The translations under genes were made by a program, and so were the position numbers. Below are positions 36,443 to 46,751 of a stretch of 64,000 bases of DNA, in pieces; positions within the stretch are counted from its first letter, which is position 1, and every line of letters begins with the position of its first letter. The DNA lies in NCBI GenBank assembly GCA_009992215.1, contig JAACWB010000005.1, positions 16,676 through 80,675 on the forward strand. The letters run 5' to 3'. The notes under the pieces were generated by a model. It saw only the letters and a list, made by a program, of their open reading frames with translations. It made no database searches and was not told the origin of the DNA. Source of the DNA: an archaeon. Its GTDB lineage: Archaea > Nanobdellota > Nanobdellia > Pacearchaeales > GW2011-AR1.

Positions 36443-37057
36443 TTAATCCTTTCTTATCTCCATTACCAAAGTTTGATTAAAAAAACTTTTATTTTTGAAT
36501 GGAAAATAATTTGCCCACCTAAATTCGGGAAAATCTGTAACGTATGAAATCCTATTTATCTTCACCCCAAAGGGAATTACTTTACTAAAAGATTTTAATG
36601 TCCAATGGTGCAAATGTGGCGTCAATTCAATTGGGGGATTTTCTAATTTTGGAAAAAGTTTGTAAAGAAAAAAATTAAGATTTGGAATTGAAATAATACA
36701 TTTATCAGTATGTTTAAATGCTTGATTAAGAATTTCTTTTGGATTTTCTAAATGTTCAATTACATCTGCAAAAATTATATAATCAAATTTTTCTTTGAAA
36801 GGAAAATTATTTTTTCCAGGACTAACCTTTACATAATTAAAATTTTTATGTTTTAATTTAGAATCTTCAATTAAATCACAACCTGTAACCAAAGCATTAC
36901 TTTTTTCAATTAATATTTTTGATAAATCTCCTTGCCAACAACCAAAATCTAAAACCTTCTTATTTTTTTCTAACATCTCTGCAATTTTATAATATTTAGG
37001 CAAAGGTTTAGTGTTATCAATTAATTTTCTTCTAATGTTTCTTAATAATTTTTTCAT
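36443..37057 (-). CDS. Class I SAM-dependent methyltransferase
   Basis: VLDFGCWQGD and IIFADVIEHLENP. Confidence 0.7.
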   Translation of the reverse strand: MKKLLRNIRRKLIDNTKPLPKYYKIAEMLEKNKKVLDFGCWQGDLSKILIEKSNALVTGCDLIEDSKLKHKNFNYVKVSPGKNNFPFKEKFDYIIFADVIEHLENPKEILNQAFKHTDKCIISIPNLNFFLYKLFPKLENPPIELTPHLHHWTLKSFSKVIPFGVKINRISYVTDFPEFRWANYFPFKNKSFFNQTLVMEIRKD

Positions 37058-37737
37058 TCTTTTCTCCGATATTTTTGTTTTCCACTAAAAAAAGCTTTTA
37101 GAAAATATTTTCCATAAGATAAAGGATATCTAAAGCACATTAAGATTGCTTTAAACCACTTCGGGTTTTTAATTCCCCACACTCTAAATAAAGTCCCATT
37201 TATACTCCCATTTTGTTTTCTTTTTTCTATACTGAAACTTCCTTTATAGAAAGGATGAGAATGTAAAAAAAGTGTATTTACTGGAAGAACTTTACCAATT
37301 TTTTTTAATTTCAACCAAATATCAATATCCTCTCCTCCAGTAAAAAAAGTTTTTTCATCAAACATTCCGACTTTTTTTAAAGCAGATTTTCTGAACGCGG
37401 TAAATTTTCCGTCTGGAACATGGGGATAAAATAATTCTTTTGTATCTTCTTGTAATATTTTAGAATATGTCATAACCACTTTTTCCTCTTTAAAAGGTTT
37501 AACCAATTTTTTTATCGAATCTTTTTCAAGAGGAATACAATCTTGGTGGATAGTAATAAGAATTTCTCCCCTAGATTTTTTTATTCCTTCATTGTATGCA
37601 TTTGCTAAACCCTTTGTTCCTTCAATTTCAATTATTTCAATTGCCTTCGCATTTTCCTTAATATATTCTTTTAATCTATCAAATATTTCTTTATTTGGTT
37701 TATATTTTGGAATTATTATTGATATTTTCTTCATCAT
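37054..37737 (-). CDS. Glycosyltransferase family 2
   Basis: KISIIIPKYKPN...ILITIHQDCIP...GGEDIDIW. Start set at MMKKIS. Confidence 0.75.
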   Translation of the reverse strand: MMKKISIIIPKYKPNKEIFDRLKEYIKENAKAIEIIEIEGTKGLANAYNEGIKKSRGEILITIHQDCIPLEKDSIKKLVKPFKEEKVVMTYSKILQEDTKELFYPHVPDGKFTAFRKSALKKVGMFDEKTFFTGGEDIDIWLKLKKIGKVLPVNTLFLHSHPFYKGSFSIEKRKQNGSINGTLFRVWGIKNPKWFKAILMCFRYPLSYGKYFLKAFFSGKQKYRRKE

Positions 37738-38507
37738 AAAATCTCCCCACACAATAATGTTTTTTTATTATTTACTATCTTAATTACTTCTTCAAGTAAT
37801 TTAATTCCCTTAATTCCTTCAAAATCAGAATGAAAATATAAATTCACATATTCTTTTTTCATTTCTTTTTCATATATATTTAAAATTTCTTCTTTATTTT
37901 TACCATCATTCAATAATTCTTCAATAGTTTTGTTAAACGAAAGGGGAATTATCTTCAAGCCATACTCAAAATAAACTTTATTTTTTGGTCCAGAAATTGA
38001 AATATACTCAAACCCTTCTTTTTTTAAGATATTAATAATTTTACTATTATATTTCCATGTCGGTGGGGCAAATCCAATTGGATTTTTGTTAAAAATTTTA
38101 AAATAAGCTTTTTTCATTTTTAATATTTCTTTTGTGTGATTAATATTTTCAAAATTCTTTGACCACAATAAATGGCTCCAACAATGAGGTTCCACTTCAT
38201 GCCCCCTAATTTTTATATCTTTTAAAATTCTTGAATATTTGTTTCCCAATTTTCTATTCAAAAAAAGAATTTCAATTAATTGCCTTTTATTATATCTGGA
38301 AAAAATTTTTGAATCAGTTTTCGAAATTTTATTTTTTTTTCTATATTTTAAAATTTGAAAAAGATTTGCTTCTTTACCCATGTTTACAAAAAAAGTTGCT
38401 TTAATACCATAATTATCAAAAAGATTTAATAAATTTGGTACTCCTTTCACCAATCCATAATACCCGTCCACATGTATTGAAATACTAAAAGTCATCTTCT
38501 TCTCCAA
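37734..38507 (-). CDS. Polysaccharide deacetylase (CE4-like)
   Basis: FSISIHVDGYYG...ATFFVNMG...GHEVEPHCWSH, the NodB-type His/Asp pattern. Confidence 0.6.
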   Translation of the reverse strand: MEKKMTFSISIHVDGYYGLVKGVPNLLNLFDNYGIKATFFVNMGKEANLFQILKYRKKNKISKTDSKIFSRYNKRQLIEILFLNRKLGNKYSRILKDIKIRGHEVEPHCWSHLLWSKNFENINHTKEILKMKKAYFKIFNKNPIGFAPPTWKYNSKIINILKKEGFEYISISGPKNKVYFEYGLKIIPLSFNKTIEELLNDGKNKEEILNIYEKEMKKEYVNLYFHSDFEGIKGIKLLEEVIKIVNNKKTLLCGEIL

Positions 38508-39124
38508 ATTTTCACAAATTTAGCCCAATATCTTTTCAGTTTAGGAGATCTTTTGCAAAGGAGTTCAACATTTCCCATTTGCAAAGCAGCTTTAATGTCT
38601 TCTATGTTTTTTGATTTTGAATCTATTAGGGTGATTCCATTTCCTATCTCAAAAAGAAAATGTGCGTCACTTCCAGCGATTCCAGGTTTTTTTATTTTAT
38701 TTGCTAACATTTTTGCCATTTCATTTCCTGAATTTCCCACTCTAGAATTAAAAATTTCAATCAAATCTATAGAGTTTAATACTTCATCAGTCAAAATATG
38801 ATGTATAGAGGGATGAGGAATTACTGCAATGCCTTTTTGTTTTTTTATCTCTTTTATTACTTCAAAAAATTTTTTTGTCTCAATTTTTTTTGTCAAAAAA
38901 AGACCAATTATATCTCCATATTCTGTGTCAATTTCCTCTCCACAAATGACAATTAACTCCTTGGATAAATTTTTTAGTTTTTCTCCCCCAAGAAATTCCT
39001 CGTGATCAGTAATTGCTAAAATATCTATTTTTTCTTTTTTAGCTTTTTTTAGAATTTTATTTATTTTTGATTTTGAATCAAATGAAAATTCTGAATGTAC
39101 ATGTAAATCTGCTCTTAATTTCAT
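38492..39124 (-). CDS. PHP-domain metal-dependent phosphoesterase
   Basis: ADLHVHSEFSFDS...LAITDHE...IPHP...GSDAH. Confidence 0.75.
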   Translation of the reverse strand: MKLRADLHVHSEFSFDSKSKINKILKKAKKEKIDILAITDHEEFLGGEKLKNLSKELIVICGEEIDTEYGDIIGLFLTKKIETKKFFEVIKEIKKQKGIAVIPHPSIHHILTDEVLNSIDLIEIFNSRVGNSGNEMAKMLANKIKKPGIAGSDAHFLFEIGNGITLIDSKSKNIEDIKAALQMGNVELLCKRSPKLKRYWAKFVKIWRRR

Positions 39125-40239
39125 TTTTTAAAAAAATATTTCCAAATTGTTGAAAATATCCTAATCAAAGTAGGTAGAGGGTCATTAAAAAGATATTGTA
39201 TGTCTTTACCAATTGATCTATCTAATAAATCCCTTTTCCATTCTTTTTTTGCAAGTGATTTTTTTTTACTTGTTTTTATCCGAAGTGTATCTTCAGGTAG
39301 AATCCATTGAAATTTCTTTCCCAAAGGATATTTTTTGTTTTTTATTTTCTTACCTTTTATCAAATCAAAGGGAATTTTTCCAAAATTTAATCCACAAAAA
39401 ATAGATAAATCATAAGACCCCCAAAATTTTGCATTCATTTCTATAAAATAATATTTCCTTTTTTCCTGATTATAAATATACTCGAGCATAACTGGTCCTG
39501 TCCAATTCAATTTTTTTAAAAAACCTTTTGAAATTTTTTCTAATGTTTTATCATAAATACTCTCTGCACATGAACTTACTCCCCCTGATTCTGGGTATTG
39601 CCTAATCCTTTTATGTTGAAAAGTTTGTAGACAAGTTCCTTTGTAACAAAATGCAAAAAATCCTCTCCCTTCTCCAGAAATATGTTCTTGAACAATTTGT
39701 GTTCCAAAACTTAATCTATTAGATAAAAATTTTTTTAATTCTTTATTAGAACTTGCGTATTCTACTTTTTTTCCTTTTTCTTCTAAAGCGGACTTTATTA
39801 CAAAATTTTTCCCTTTAATTTTTTCAACATCAGAAACTCTTTTTATTATCCATGTTTTTGGGTACAACATTTTGAATTTATTTAATACTTTTTTAAGATA
39901 ATCTTTTCTTGAAATGGAATTAATCAAATGAAAATCAGATAAAATTATCTTTGAATTATTTTCAATTTCTTTCTTTATTTTAGAACATTCTTTATTGGTA
40001 AAATATCCAACGGGTAAAACCAAAGAGACATCATTTTTATTTAAAAAATTTAATAATTTATTTTGAAAATTTTTACGAGTATATTTAAATGATTTTTTTG
40101 AATATTTTGAAAATCGGGTTGGACTAAAACCTTCTGAACAAGTTGCAATACGCAATCCTTCTTTTCCCAAGCCCCTAACTATAGACAACGCATGTTTGTA
40201 ACGAGAATCGGTAACTAAAATATCATAATGTCTTTTCAT
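39121..40239 (-). CDS. ATP-grasp domain protein
   Basis: Carbamoyl-phosphate-synthase-like ATP-grasp pattern: FVIKSALEEKGKKV...IVQEHISGEGRGFFAF...GPVMLEYIY...YFIEMNAKFWGS. Confidence 0.65.
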   Translation of the reverse strand: MKRHYDILVTDSRYKHALSIVRGLGKEGLRIATCSEGFSPTRFSKYSKKSFKYTRKNFQNKLLNFLNKNDVSLVLPVGYFTNKECSKIKKEIENNSKIILSDFHLINSISRKDYLKKVLNKFKMLYPKTWIIKRVSDVEKIKGKNFVIKSALEEKGKKVEYASSNKELKKFLSNRLSFGTQIVQEHISGEGRGFFAFCYKGTCLQTFQHKRIRQYPESGGVSSCAESIYDKTLEKISKGFLKKLNWTGPVMLEYIYNQEKRKYYFIEMNAKFWGSYDLSIFCGLNFGKIPFDLIKGKKIKNKKYPLGKKFQWILPEDTLRIKTSKKKSLAKKEWKRDLLDRSIGKDIQYLFNDPLPTLIRIFSTIWKYFFKK

Positions 40240-40790
40240 TTTAACAGATTTTCAAAACCATTTAGGTTATTTAAAATTATGTGGTCTTTATTTATTTCCT
40301 CGAGTAAATTTTTATTTTTAGTTAAATCTCCAGAGAGAATATTAATTTTTTCATCAATTTCTTCAATTTCTTTTTTATGTTCTTTTAGAGAAGAATTAAT
40401 ATACATATCTATATCACTTTCTTTTGTTTCGAGATTTTTTGCATATGAACCAAATAAAACGATTACTAAATCAGAAGGTAATTCATTATCAAGAATTTTT
40501 TTATTTATTTCATTTATAATTTTTCTTATCTTGGGTTTTTCTATTATTTTCATCAGCTTGTATATCTCAACAAACTTTGAGTAAATTTTTCCTTCAAGTG
40601 AATCTTTGATAAAATAAATTTTACTTTTTCCTATCTCTTTTTTATCAACGATATTTTCTGATTCTAGAGAAATCAAGGTCCTACGTATGTTAGTTTGATT
40701 AACTCTTAAGATTCTTTCTAATTCTCTTTGATGTAATTCTTTTTTTCTTAGAAGAATAAAAATTTCTTCTTTGATGCTTTTTTGTTTCAT
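40236..40790 (-). CDS. Winged-helix DNA-binding domain fused to a Pol-beta-type nucleotidyltransferase (MNT-like)
   Basis: N-terminus ELERILRVNQTNIRRTLISLESENIV; NTase motif VLFGSYAKNLETKESDIDMYI. Confidence 0.7.
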   Translation of the reverse strand: MKQKSIKEEIFILLRKKELHQRELERILRVNQTNIRRTLISLESENIVDKKEIGKSKIYFIKDSLEGKIYSKFVEIYKLMKIIEKPKIRKIINEINKKILDNELPSDLVIVLFGSYAKNLETKESDIDMYINSSLKEHKKEIEEIDEKINILSGDLTKNKNLLEEINKDHIILNNLNGFENLLK

Positions 40791-40828
40791 ATGATGCTAA
40801 AATAAATCAAACTTATAAACTTTTTCTT

Positions 40829-41926
40829 TTAATTTTTTATTGCGTTCTCATAAATTTTTCTTAATTTTTTATTTCGTTCTTTAATAGAAAATTTTCCATC
40901 TTTAATCATTTTTATACATTCTTTTGACATTTTATCTCGGATGTTTTTATTTTCTATTAATCTTGATGTATTTTCTACTAATTTTTCAATAACTTTTTCT
41001 TCAGCCTCTTCAATTTTATTAAAAGAAAGTTTTTTTGTAACATCAAAAATTATTCCTGTTTTTTCATTTTCGATTATTTCGTTACGAGACTTTGTCCAAG
41101 TTGTGTTTATGGTGATTATTGGTAGTCCAAAAGCCATTGCTTCTAAGAGGGAAAACCCAAAAGTATCTAATGAGCCCGGATACAAAAATAAATCTGAATT
41201 TTCTAATAATTTGCATACTTCTTTATGAGGCATTAAATCATAAATTTTAATTTTAGAATATTTTTTCTTTAAAACATCTGAAACATTTGAAATGACAATT
41301 CCCGTAATTCCATATTTTTGTCTTAATCTTTCCAAAACTTCTAGGGCAATTAATCCTCCCTTAATATCAAAATATCTTGCAACAAAAATTATTTTTAATT
41401 TTTTATTCTTCGGTTTTTTTAAATTTTTGATTTCTGGTACTGCGGGGTAAACAACTTCAACTTTGTTTTTTATTTCTGGATATATCTTTAGAATATCTTC
41501 TTTGATTGATTCTGCCCAAGGAAGAATTTTCTTACAATTTTTTCTTAATAAAATTTTTCTTATTTTATTTTGTCCTTTTTTTTTGTCCCAGCCAGATATT
41601 GCAAAAGAAGGAGTCATTTCAATGTCTGCAACCCAAGGCTTATCCTTATTCTTACTTAGACAATGTGCGCAATGAATTAAATCATAATTTCCTTTTGGAC
41701 TTAAGTGAGCATTTGGGATATTCAAATTTAATTTATCTGAATATCTACGAATGTTTCGTTTTAAAAAATTAGAAAACCAAAAAAATCTTTTGCTTGTAAT
41801 TACCCCTTTTTGTTTTTCCACATTTTGGTAAACTATCCCCTCGGGAACATCTTGAATTAAATATTTGTAATAAGGGCTATCTGGAAATTTCCAAGGGTAT
41901 TGAAGATAAACTTTTATTTTATTCAT
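40829..41926 (-). CDS. Glycosyltransferase family 4 (GT-B)
   Basis: C-terminal FLYPGSLDTFGFSLLEAMAFGLPIITINT...TGIIF, the EX7E-type GT4 signature. Confidence 0.75.
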   Translation of the reverse strand: MNKIKVYLQYPWKFPDSPYYKYLIQDVPEGIVYQNVEKQKGVITSKRFFWFSNFLKRNIRRYSDKLNLNIPNAHLSPKGNYDLIHCAHCLSKNKDKPWVADIEMTPSFAISGWDKKKGQNKIRKILLRKNCKKILPWAESIKEDILKIYPEIKNKVEVVYPAVPEIKNLKKPKNKKLKIIFVARYFDIKGGLIALEVLERLRQKYGITGIVISNVSDVLKKKYSKIKIYDLMPHKEVCKLLENSDLFLYPGSLDTFGFSLLEAMAFGLPIITINTTWTKSRNEIIENEKTGIIFDVTKKLSFNKIEEAEEKVIEKLVENTSRLIENKNIRDKMSKECIKMIKDGKFSIKERNKKLRKIYENAIKN

Positions 41927-41927
41927 T

Positions 41928-42455
41928 TTATTTTTTTACAACTAATTCAAACTGAATTTCTGCAGCAGGAAAAATCCATGCAAAAAACCTACAATAAATT
42001 TTATGACTTAAATTTAGAAGAGGATTAAATAACCAATTTAATTTTGATGAATTTCCAACTCCAAAATTGATTTTCACTTTTTTTACTTGAAACATATCTT
42101 TATTTGCGCTGACCTCATGAGAATAATTTCCTTTTTGAAAATATCCAAAAGTGAAAGGAGTAAAAAATCTAACGTGAGTTGGATCATTATATTGCCCCCA
42201 AGATGAATAAAATGGAACCTTTATTTTTATTATCGCTTCGTCTTTACAAATACGATAAATTTCATGCATGAGAGGAATGAAATTGTTTACATGTTCAAAA
42301 ACATGATTTGCAATAATTTCACTTACTGAATTATCTTTAAACATTACTAATGGTTCTTCTAAATTAATTACTTTGTCTGGATTAACTTCTTTTGAAATAT
42401 CACAATTTACATACCCTTTTTTATAATCATTTCCGCAACCTAAATGTAATTTCAT
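41928..42455 (-). CDS. Methyltransferase (type 11-like)
   Basis: MKLHLGCGNDYKKGYVNCD...IIANHVFEHV. Confidence 0.6.
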   Translation of the reverse strand: MKLHLGCGNDYKKGYVNCDISKEVNPDKVINLEEPLVMFKDNSVSEIIANHVFEHVNNFIPLMHEIYRICKDEAIIKIKVPFYSSWGQYNDPTHVRFFTPFTFGYFQKGNYSHEVSANKDMFQVKKVKINFGVGNSSKLNWLFNPLLNLSHKIYCRFFAWIFPAAEIQFELVVKK

Positions 42456-43582
42456 TTCTTCAAAACCTCAACAATTTTTTTACTAACTCCTTTTTCTCCG
42501 TAGGGGTTTTTATGATTTTTTATTTTAAAATTTGGAGATAAGTATTCGTCTATTTTTTCTTTTGTCTTTTCTAAATTAAATTTTGATAAGAACTGATAAT
42601 TTGTTTCTAATCCCTCTGGCCTCTCTGTTGTATTTCTCATTATTATACAAGGTTTCTTAAACACAAGTGATTCTTCTTGCATTGACCCTCCATCACAGAA
42701 AACAAGAGCTGACTTTTCAAAGTGATGTAAAAATGTTGGATAATCTAAAGGAGACAACAGTTCAATATTTTTATTTTTTTGTATTCTCTCAAGCAAATTG
42801 AATCTTGATAAAACCCTCTTAGTATTTTCATGCAATGGCCAATACACTGGAATTTTAAAATATTCTATTAATTCTATAATCTTTTTCATTCTATCAAGAT
42901 TTTTTAAATTTTCATACCTATGAATAGAAATCAACACAAATTTTTTGTGTTTGAAATTAGAAACTTTATTTCTTTTTGAGATTTTTTTTGCTAAGTTTAC
43001 TGAATCTATAATTGTGTTTCCTGTATGAATTACTTTTCCTTTAACAAAATTAATACTTTTCTCGAGATTTTGCTTTGCCACTAACGATGGCACCAATGAA
43101 ATGTCTGTAAATAATCCAACAACCCTTCTTGTAAACTCTTCTGGCATTGGCTCTTTGATTGACCCACTTCTAAGTCCTCCTTCTAAATGAACGTTTTTCC
43201 AACTTTTCTTAAATGGATTTAGTACTATACTTGAGGCCCCTAATGCCATTGCAGTATTCATAGTATCTCCATGATAAAGAACATACTTTAAATTTAATTT
43301 CTTTATTAATTTCCTTATTGCAAACATTGTTTTTACATTCCAAAAAAATACTCTTAAATTAATTTTTGACCAAAATTTTAAATTCTTTTTTGTTTCTTTG
43401 CTCATAAAAAAATCAGGATTTTTTATTTCGAATAAATCGCAATAATTATTAATTGAGTGTTGTCCAGTGTGTATAAAATAATAAGGAATTCCTTGTTTTT
43501 TTAATTCAAGCATTACCGGAGCACATTTAATTAATTCAGCATTTGTCCCAAGGATTATTGCTATTTTTGAATTCTTTTGCAT
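42452..43582 (-). CDS. wecB: UDP-N-acetylglucosamine 2-epimerase
   Basis: IAIILGTNAELIKCAPV...HTGQH...HGDT...HLEGGLRS, the epimerase_2 pattern. Confidence 0.8.
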   Translation of the reverse strand: MQKNSKIAIILGTNAELIKCAPVMLELKKQGIPYYFIHTGQHSINNYCDLFEIKNPDFFMSKETKKNLKFWSKINLRVFFWNVKTMFAIRKLIKKLNLKYVLYHGDTMNTAMALGASSIVLNPFKKSWKNVHLEGGLRSGSIKEPMPEEFTRRVVGLFTDISLVPSLVAKQNLEKSINFVKGKVIHTGNTIIDSVNLAKKISKRNKVSNFKHKKFVLISIHRYENLKNLDRMKKIIELIEYFKIPVYWPLHENTKRVLSRFNLLERIQKNKNIELLSPLDYPTFLHHFEKSALVFCDGGSMQEESLVFKKPCIIMRNTTERPEGLETNYQFLSKFNLEKTKEKIDEYLSPNFKIKNHKNPYGEKGVSKKIVEVLKK

Positions 43583-43624
43583 TGTAAAATTTTTAAGAAA
43601 ATTGTTTATTTAAAGATATGGATA

Positions 43625-46261
43625 TTAATTTTTAATGAATTGTAAATCGTCTAATTCACCATATTCTCCATCAACAGCTTTGAATTCTTCGTGTGTTAAA
43701 ATATTATCCATTTCTTCAGTGTGAACTTTGTATATTTTAATTGGGCCACTGAATCCGCCATAATAAAATGTAAGGGGGTATTGACTTTCTTCGTGCACTA
43801 ATTCTAATTCAGAATATCTGTTTTCAGGGTCATTCATGACATATAATTGTGCTATCAAAGAATCCTGTGTTTTTTCAGAAAAGTACATTAGGGCCCCCTC
43901 AGAATCAATTTTTTGACCTCCAGCAGAACTGTACACATTAGGATAAATATGAACTGTTCCTTCTATTCCTTCATTGAACTCATAATACTTATCCATTGTT
44001 GAAAGTTTCTTTAGAGGAATTCTATATTGTTTATTATTATATCCAAAAACACCAATTGGTTGTGAATAAACTCCATCCTTTGACTTAGTTAAAATAACTC
44101 CTAAAATTGCTGCTTTTCCTTTTGGTAAGAAAATATCTGTTCCATTTTCTTTGTAACGAATGTCTGAATCAATATAAGTTCCACCTTGATAAATCCTAAT
44201 TGTTTCTGTTCTTGTTTCTTGAGTTTGTGATATATCTGAAACAAAAGTTGGTAGCCAAGAAGCTCTGTCTGAAATTTCTAAGTCGTCAGCAATTGAAGAA
44301 AATGCAGAATATTTTCCAATGTCTGTTGGATCAATTAACAAATAAGAAATATTTTGTGTTTTCATGAATGACTTTGCTGTTTCAGGATATGGTGTAGTTA
44401 AAACATAACGTCCAACCAAGTGATCCCAATATCCATTGAAGTGTCCACCATCAGTTAGTGTTGGCCTTTCTCCGCCTGTTTGAACCCAATAACCATAATC
44501 CCACCAATGTAGGAAAATTGCATTTTGTTGTGTATTTGCTCTAACCCAAGACATTGCATTTTGCCAATCTGTATTATATGAAGGTGTTTGAACTTTTGCT
44601 TGATATACGTCTGACTTGTAAAACCCAACTGAAACGAAGATTAACATTACTGTTACAAATAAAACTAAAATAATTGAAAATGTCTTTAGTAAATCATCTT
44701 TATTTTTTCTTCCCCATTTAGCTGTTTCAAAAATTGCAATTGGCACCATCATTGAAATAAAAGGAACAATTGCAAAGAAAACTCTAATTGCTGAACGAAC
44801 GGAAAGTAACATTGGAATCATCCATGCTGCGATAAATACCCAACGCATGTCAACTGTCCAATCTGATTTACGATAAATGTAAACTGAAGAAATTGCAATA
44901 GCTAAAAATGAAAGGAAAAATAATGCCTTTGAGATAAAATTTTCTCCATTAAAAATTGAAGTGTCTGAAGTTCTTGAAGCCAAAATTCCTATAATAAAAA
45001 ATGCAAATGAAGCCGTGAATAAATAACGATATTTTTTATTTCTAATTCCATTGGCCAATTTTCCTCCAACAATAAAACATCCAATTAAGAAAGTGTAAAA
45101 TACTGTCTTTCCGACTTGACCTATTAATTCGGTTAAATATGGTTGTTTATTTTCTGCAACTGTTAATCCAACTCTTCCTGTTCCAAAAGGATATAGAAGA
45201 GAATTTAGTAAACTACCAATCATGTGAAAAACATTTCCTACAACTATTTGATAAAATATTCCTCCAATAAGAGTTACTAAAATAAATGAACTAATTTCTT
45301 TTTTTTCTTGAATTATTTTTGGTGTTAATTTTGACTTTAAGATAATTGTTTCAATTAAAGAATATCCCAATACAAATAAAGTTAAAATTCCTGCCAAGTT
45401 TAACATGTATGACTTTAATATATTCAAAATACTATAACCAAATAAAGGTGTAAAAATTAATACTCCAAAAACCCATGTCCCGTAAAACAAAGTCCTATTC
45501 CAAAGTGATTTGTTATCTTTTATGAACCAGATTACAATATAAGCTAAAGGAAAAATCATGAATAAAAATTTTGCTCCTCCTCCCCATGCAGCTATTGCAA
45601 AGATTGTCATGAATCCTGCAATTAACCCATACAGGCCGGATTTAACATAAGTTTTCTTTTTTTTCTCCAAGTAAACCATTCCCCAAGCAAAAGAAATTAA
45701 TGCTAAGAAAAATGCAAACATCCCTATTGCCTCGTGGTCTGAAAAACCTGCAAGTGTACGATATAAGTACGGAGGGATTATTGTTAAAATAAAAGAAGAA
45801 ATTGTTGCAATCCATTTATTTTTTGTTATTAATAGAACTAAAAAGAAAAATACGATTAAACCCAATGCAAAGAATATTACTGGATTTAGTACGTTTGCAA
45901 ATCTAATTGTTGAATCTGGAGAGATTACTGAAATTATTTTATGTAAAAATAGTGTTGATTGTGGAAGAATTTCATCTGTCCACGTTGAATTTAATGCTTG
46001 ATAACGCATTGTGTCTACTGCTGGCAGAACGCCATTATTGTCATGGAGGGTTTCAGAAACTCGTAGAAAATAGTAAGGGTCTAAAGCTAGAGGAGTATAA
46101 TCTCCTGTTGTTTTATCAATTAAATTTGGTAAGTCTTGTGTTCTTATATTTATTCCAATAAAAAGTGTTGCTAAAAATAAAATTACTACAATTATGTTTT
46201 GTACTCTTTTATCTTTAAGAAATTCTAAAGCAGGTTTTATAGTCTCCTTAAATTTGTTCAT
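43625..46261 (-). CDS. aglB: Archaeal oligosaccharyltransferase AglB (STT3 family)
   Basis: 13-TM-type N-terminal half, catalytic HWWDYGYWVQ (WWDYG), large C-terminal soluble domain. Confidence 0.9.
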   Translation of the reverse strand: MNKFKETIKPALEFLKDKRVQNIIVVILFLATLFIGINIRTQDLPNLIDKTTGDYTPLALDPYYFLRVSETLHDNNGVLPAVDTMRYQALNSTWTDEILPQSTLFLHKIISVISPDSTIRFANVLNPVIFFALGLIVFFFLVLLITKNKWIATISSFILTIIPPYLYRTLAGFSDHEAIGMFAFFLALISFAWGMVYLEKKKKTYVKSGLYGLIAGFMTIFAIAAWGGGAKFLFMIFPLAYIVIWFIKDNKSLWNRTLFYGTWVFGVLIFTPLFGYSILNILKSYMLNLAGILTLFVLGYSLIETIILKSKLTPKIIQEKKEISSFILVTLIGGIFYQIVVGNVFHMIGSLLNSLLYPFGTGRVGLTVAENKQPYLTELIGQVGKTVFYTFLIGCFIVGGKLANGIRNKKYRYLFTASFAFFIIGILASRTSDTSIFNGENFISKALFFLSFLAIAISSVYIYRKSDWTVDMRWVFIAAWMIPMLLSVRSAIRVFFAIVPFISMMVPIAIFETAKWGRKNKDDLLKTFSIILVLFVTVMLIFVSVGFYKSDVYQAKVQTPSYNTDWQNAMSWVRANTQQNAIFLHWWDYGYWVQTGGERPTLTDGGHFNGYWDHLVGRYVLTTPYPETAKSFMKTQNISYLLIDPTDIGKYSAFSSIADDLEISDRASWLPTFVSDISQTQETRTETIRIYQGGTYIDSDIRYKENGTDIFLPKGKAAILGVILTKSKDGVYSQPIGVFGYNNKQYRIPLKKLSTMDKYYEFNEGIEGTVHIYPNVYSSAGGQKIDSEGALMYFSEKTQDSLIAQLYVMNDPENRYSELELVHEESQYPLTFYYGGFSGPIKIYKVHTEEMDNILTHEEFKAVDGEYGELDDLQFIKN

Positions 46262-46285
46262 AAGTTTCTTAGTAGAAATTTGTTT

Positions 46286-46750
46286 TTAAAGTTTACTTGG
46301 AACTTCCCTAAATTTTTTACTTACAATTAAGTCATAAAATATTGAAACTTTTGTTGGAGGATGAAAATTTCTAAATTTTTCTATATAATCTAAAATTAAA
46401 TGAAAAACAATTCCAAGTCCAACAAAATAAAATCCTTCCCAAAGCAGTCCAAGAAAAAAAGAAATTATAATTGTTTCAACTCCATGAAAAATGAATATTC
46501 CGGAGGTATAATTTCTTCTTTCGTTTTTGTTAAGAATATTAAAAAATTTAGAATTTTTTCTAAATAGTTTATATGCACTCATTAAATTATAATTTTTATA
46601 TTTGTAAATATAATACAAATAGTGGTCAAAATCTATCAAGAAAGTTGATAAGAAAAAAATGAAGAGATAAATTAAATTTAATTCTGGAAAGAGTAAATAA
46701 ATTAATCCACTAAAAATTAATCCCGCTAGAAAATGTGTTTTTGGTAACAT
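46286..46750 (-). CDS. Membrane protein, possibly a YdjM/DUF457-like metal-dependent hydrolase
   Basis: MLPKTHFLAGL... start, plus His/Asp in TM segments (IDFDHY, FHGVE, FHLILD). Confidence 0.35.
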   Translation of the reverse strand: MLPKTHFLAGLIFSGLIYLLFPELNLIYLFIFFLSTFLIDFDHYLYYIYKYKNYNLMSAYKLFRKNSKFFNILNKNERRNYTSGIFIFHGVETIIISFFLGLLWEGFYFVGLGIVFHLILDYIEKFRNFHPPTKVSIFYDLIVSKKFREVPSKL

Positions 46751-46751
46751 T

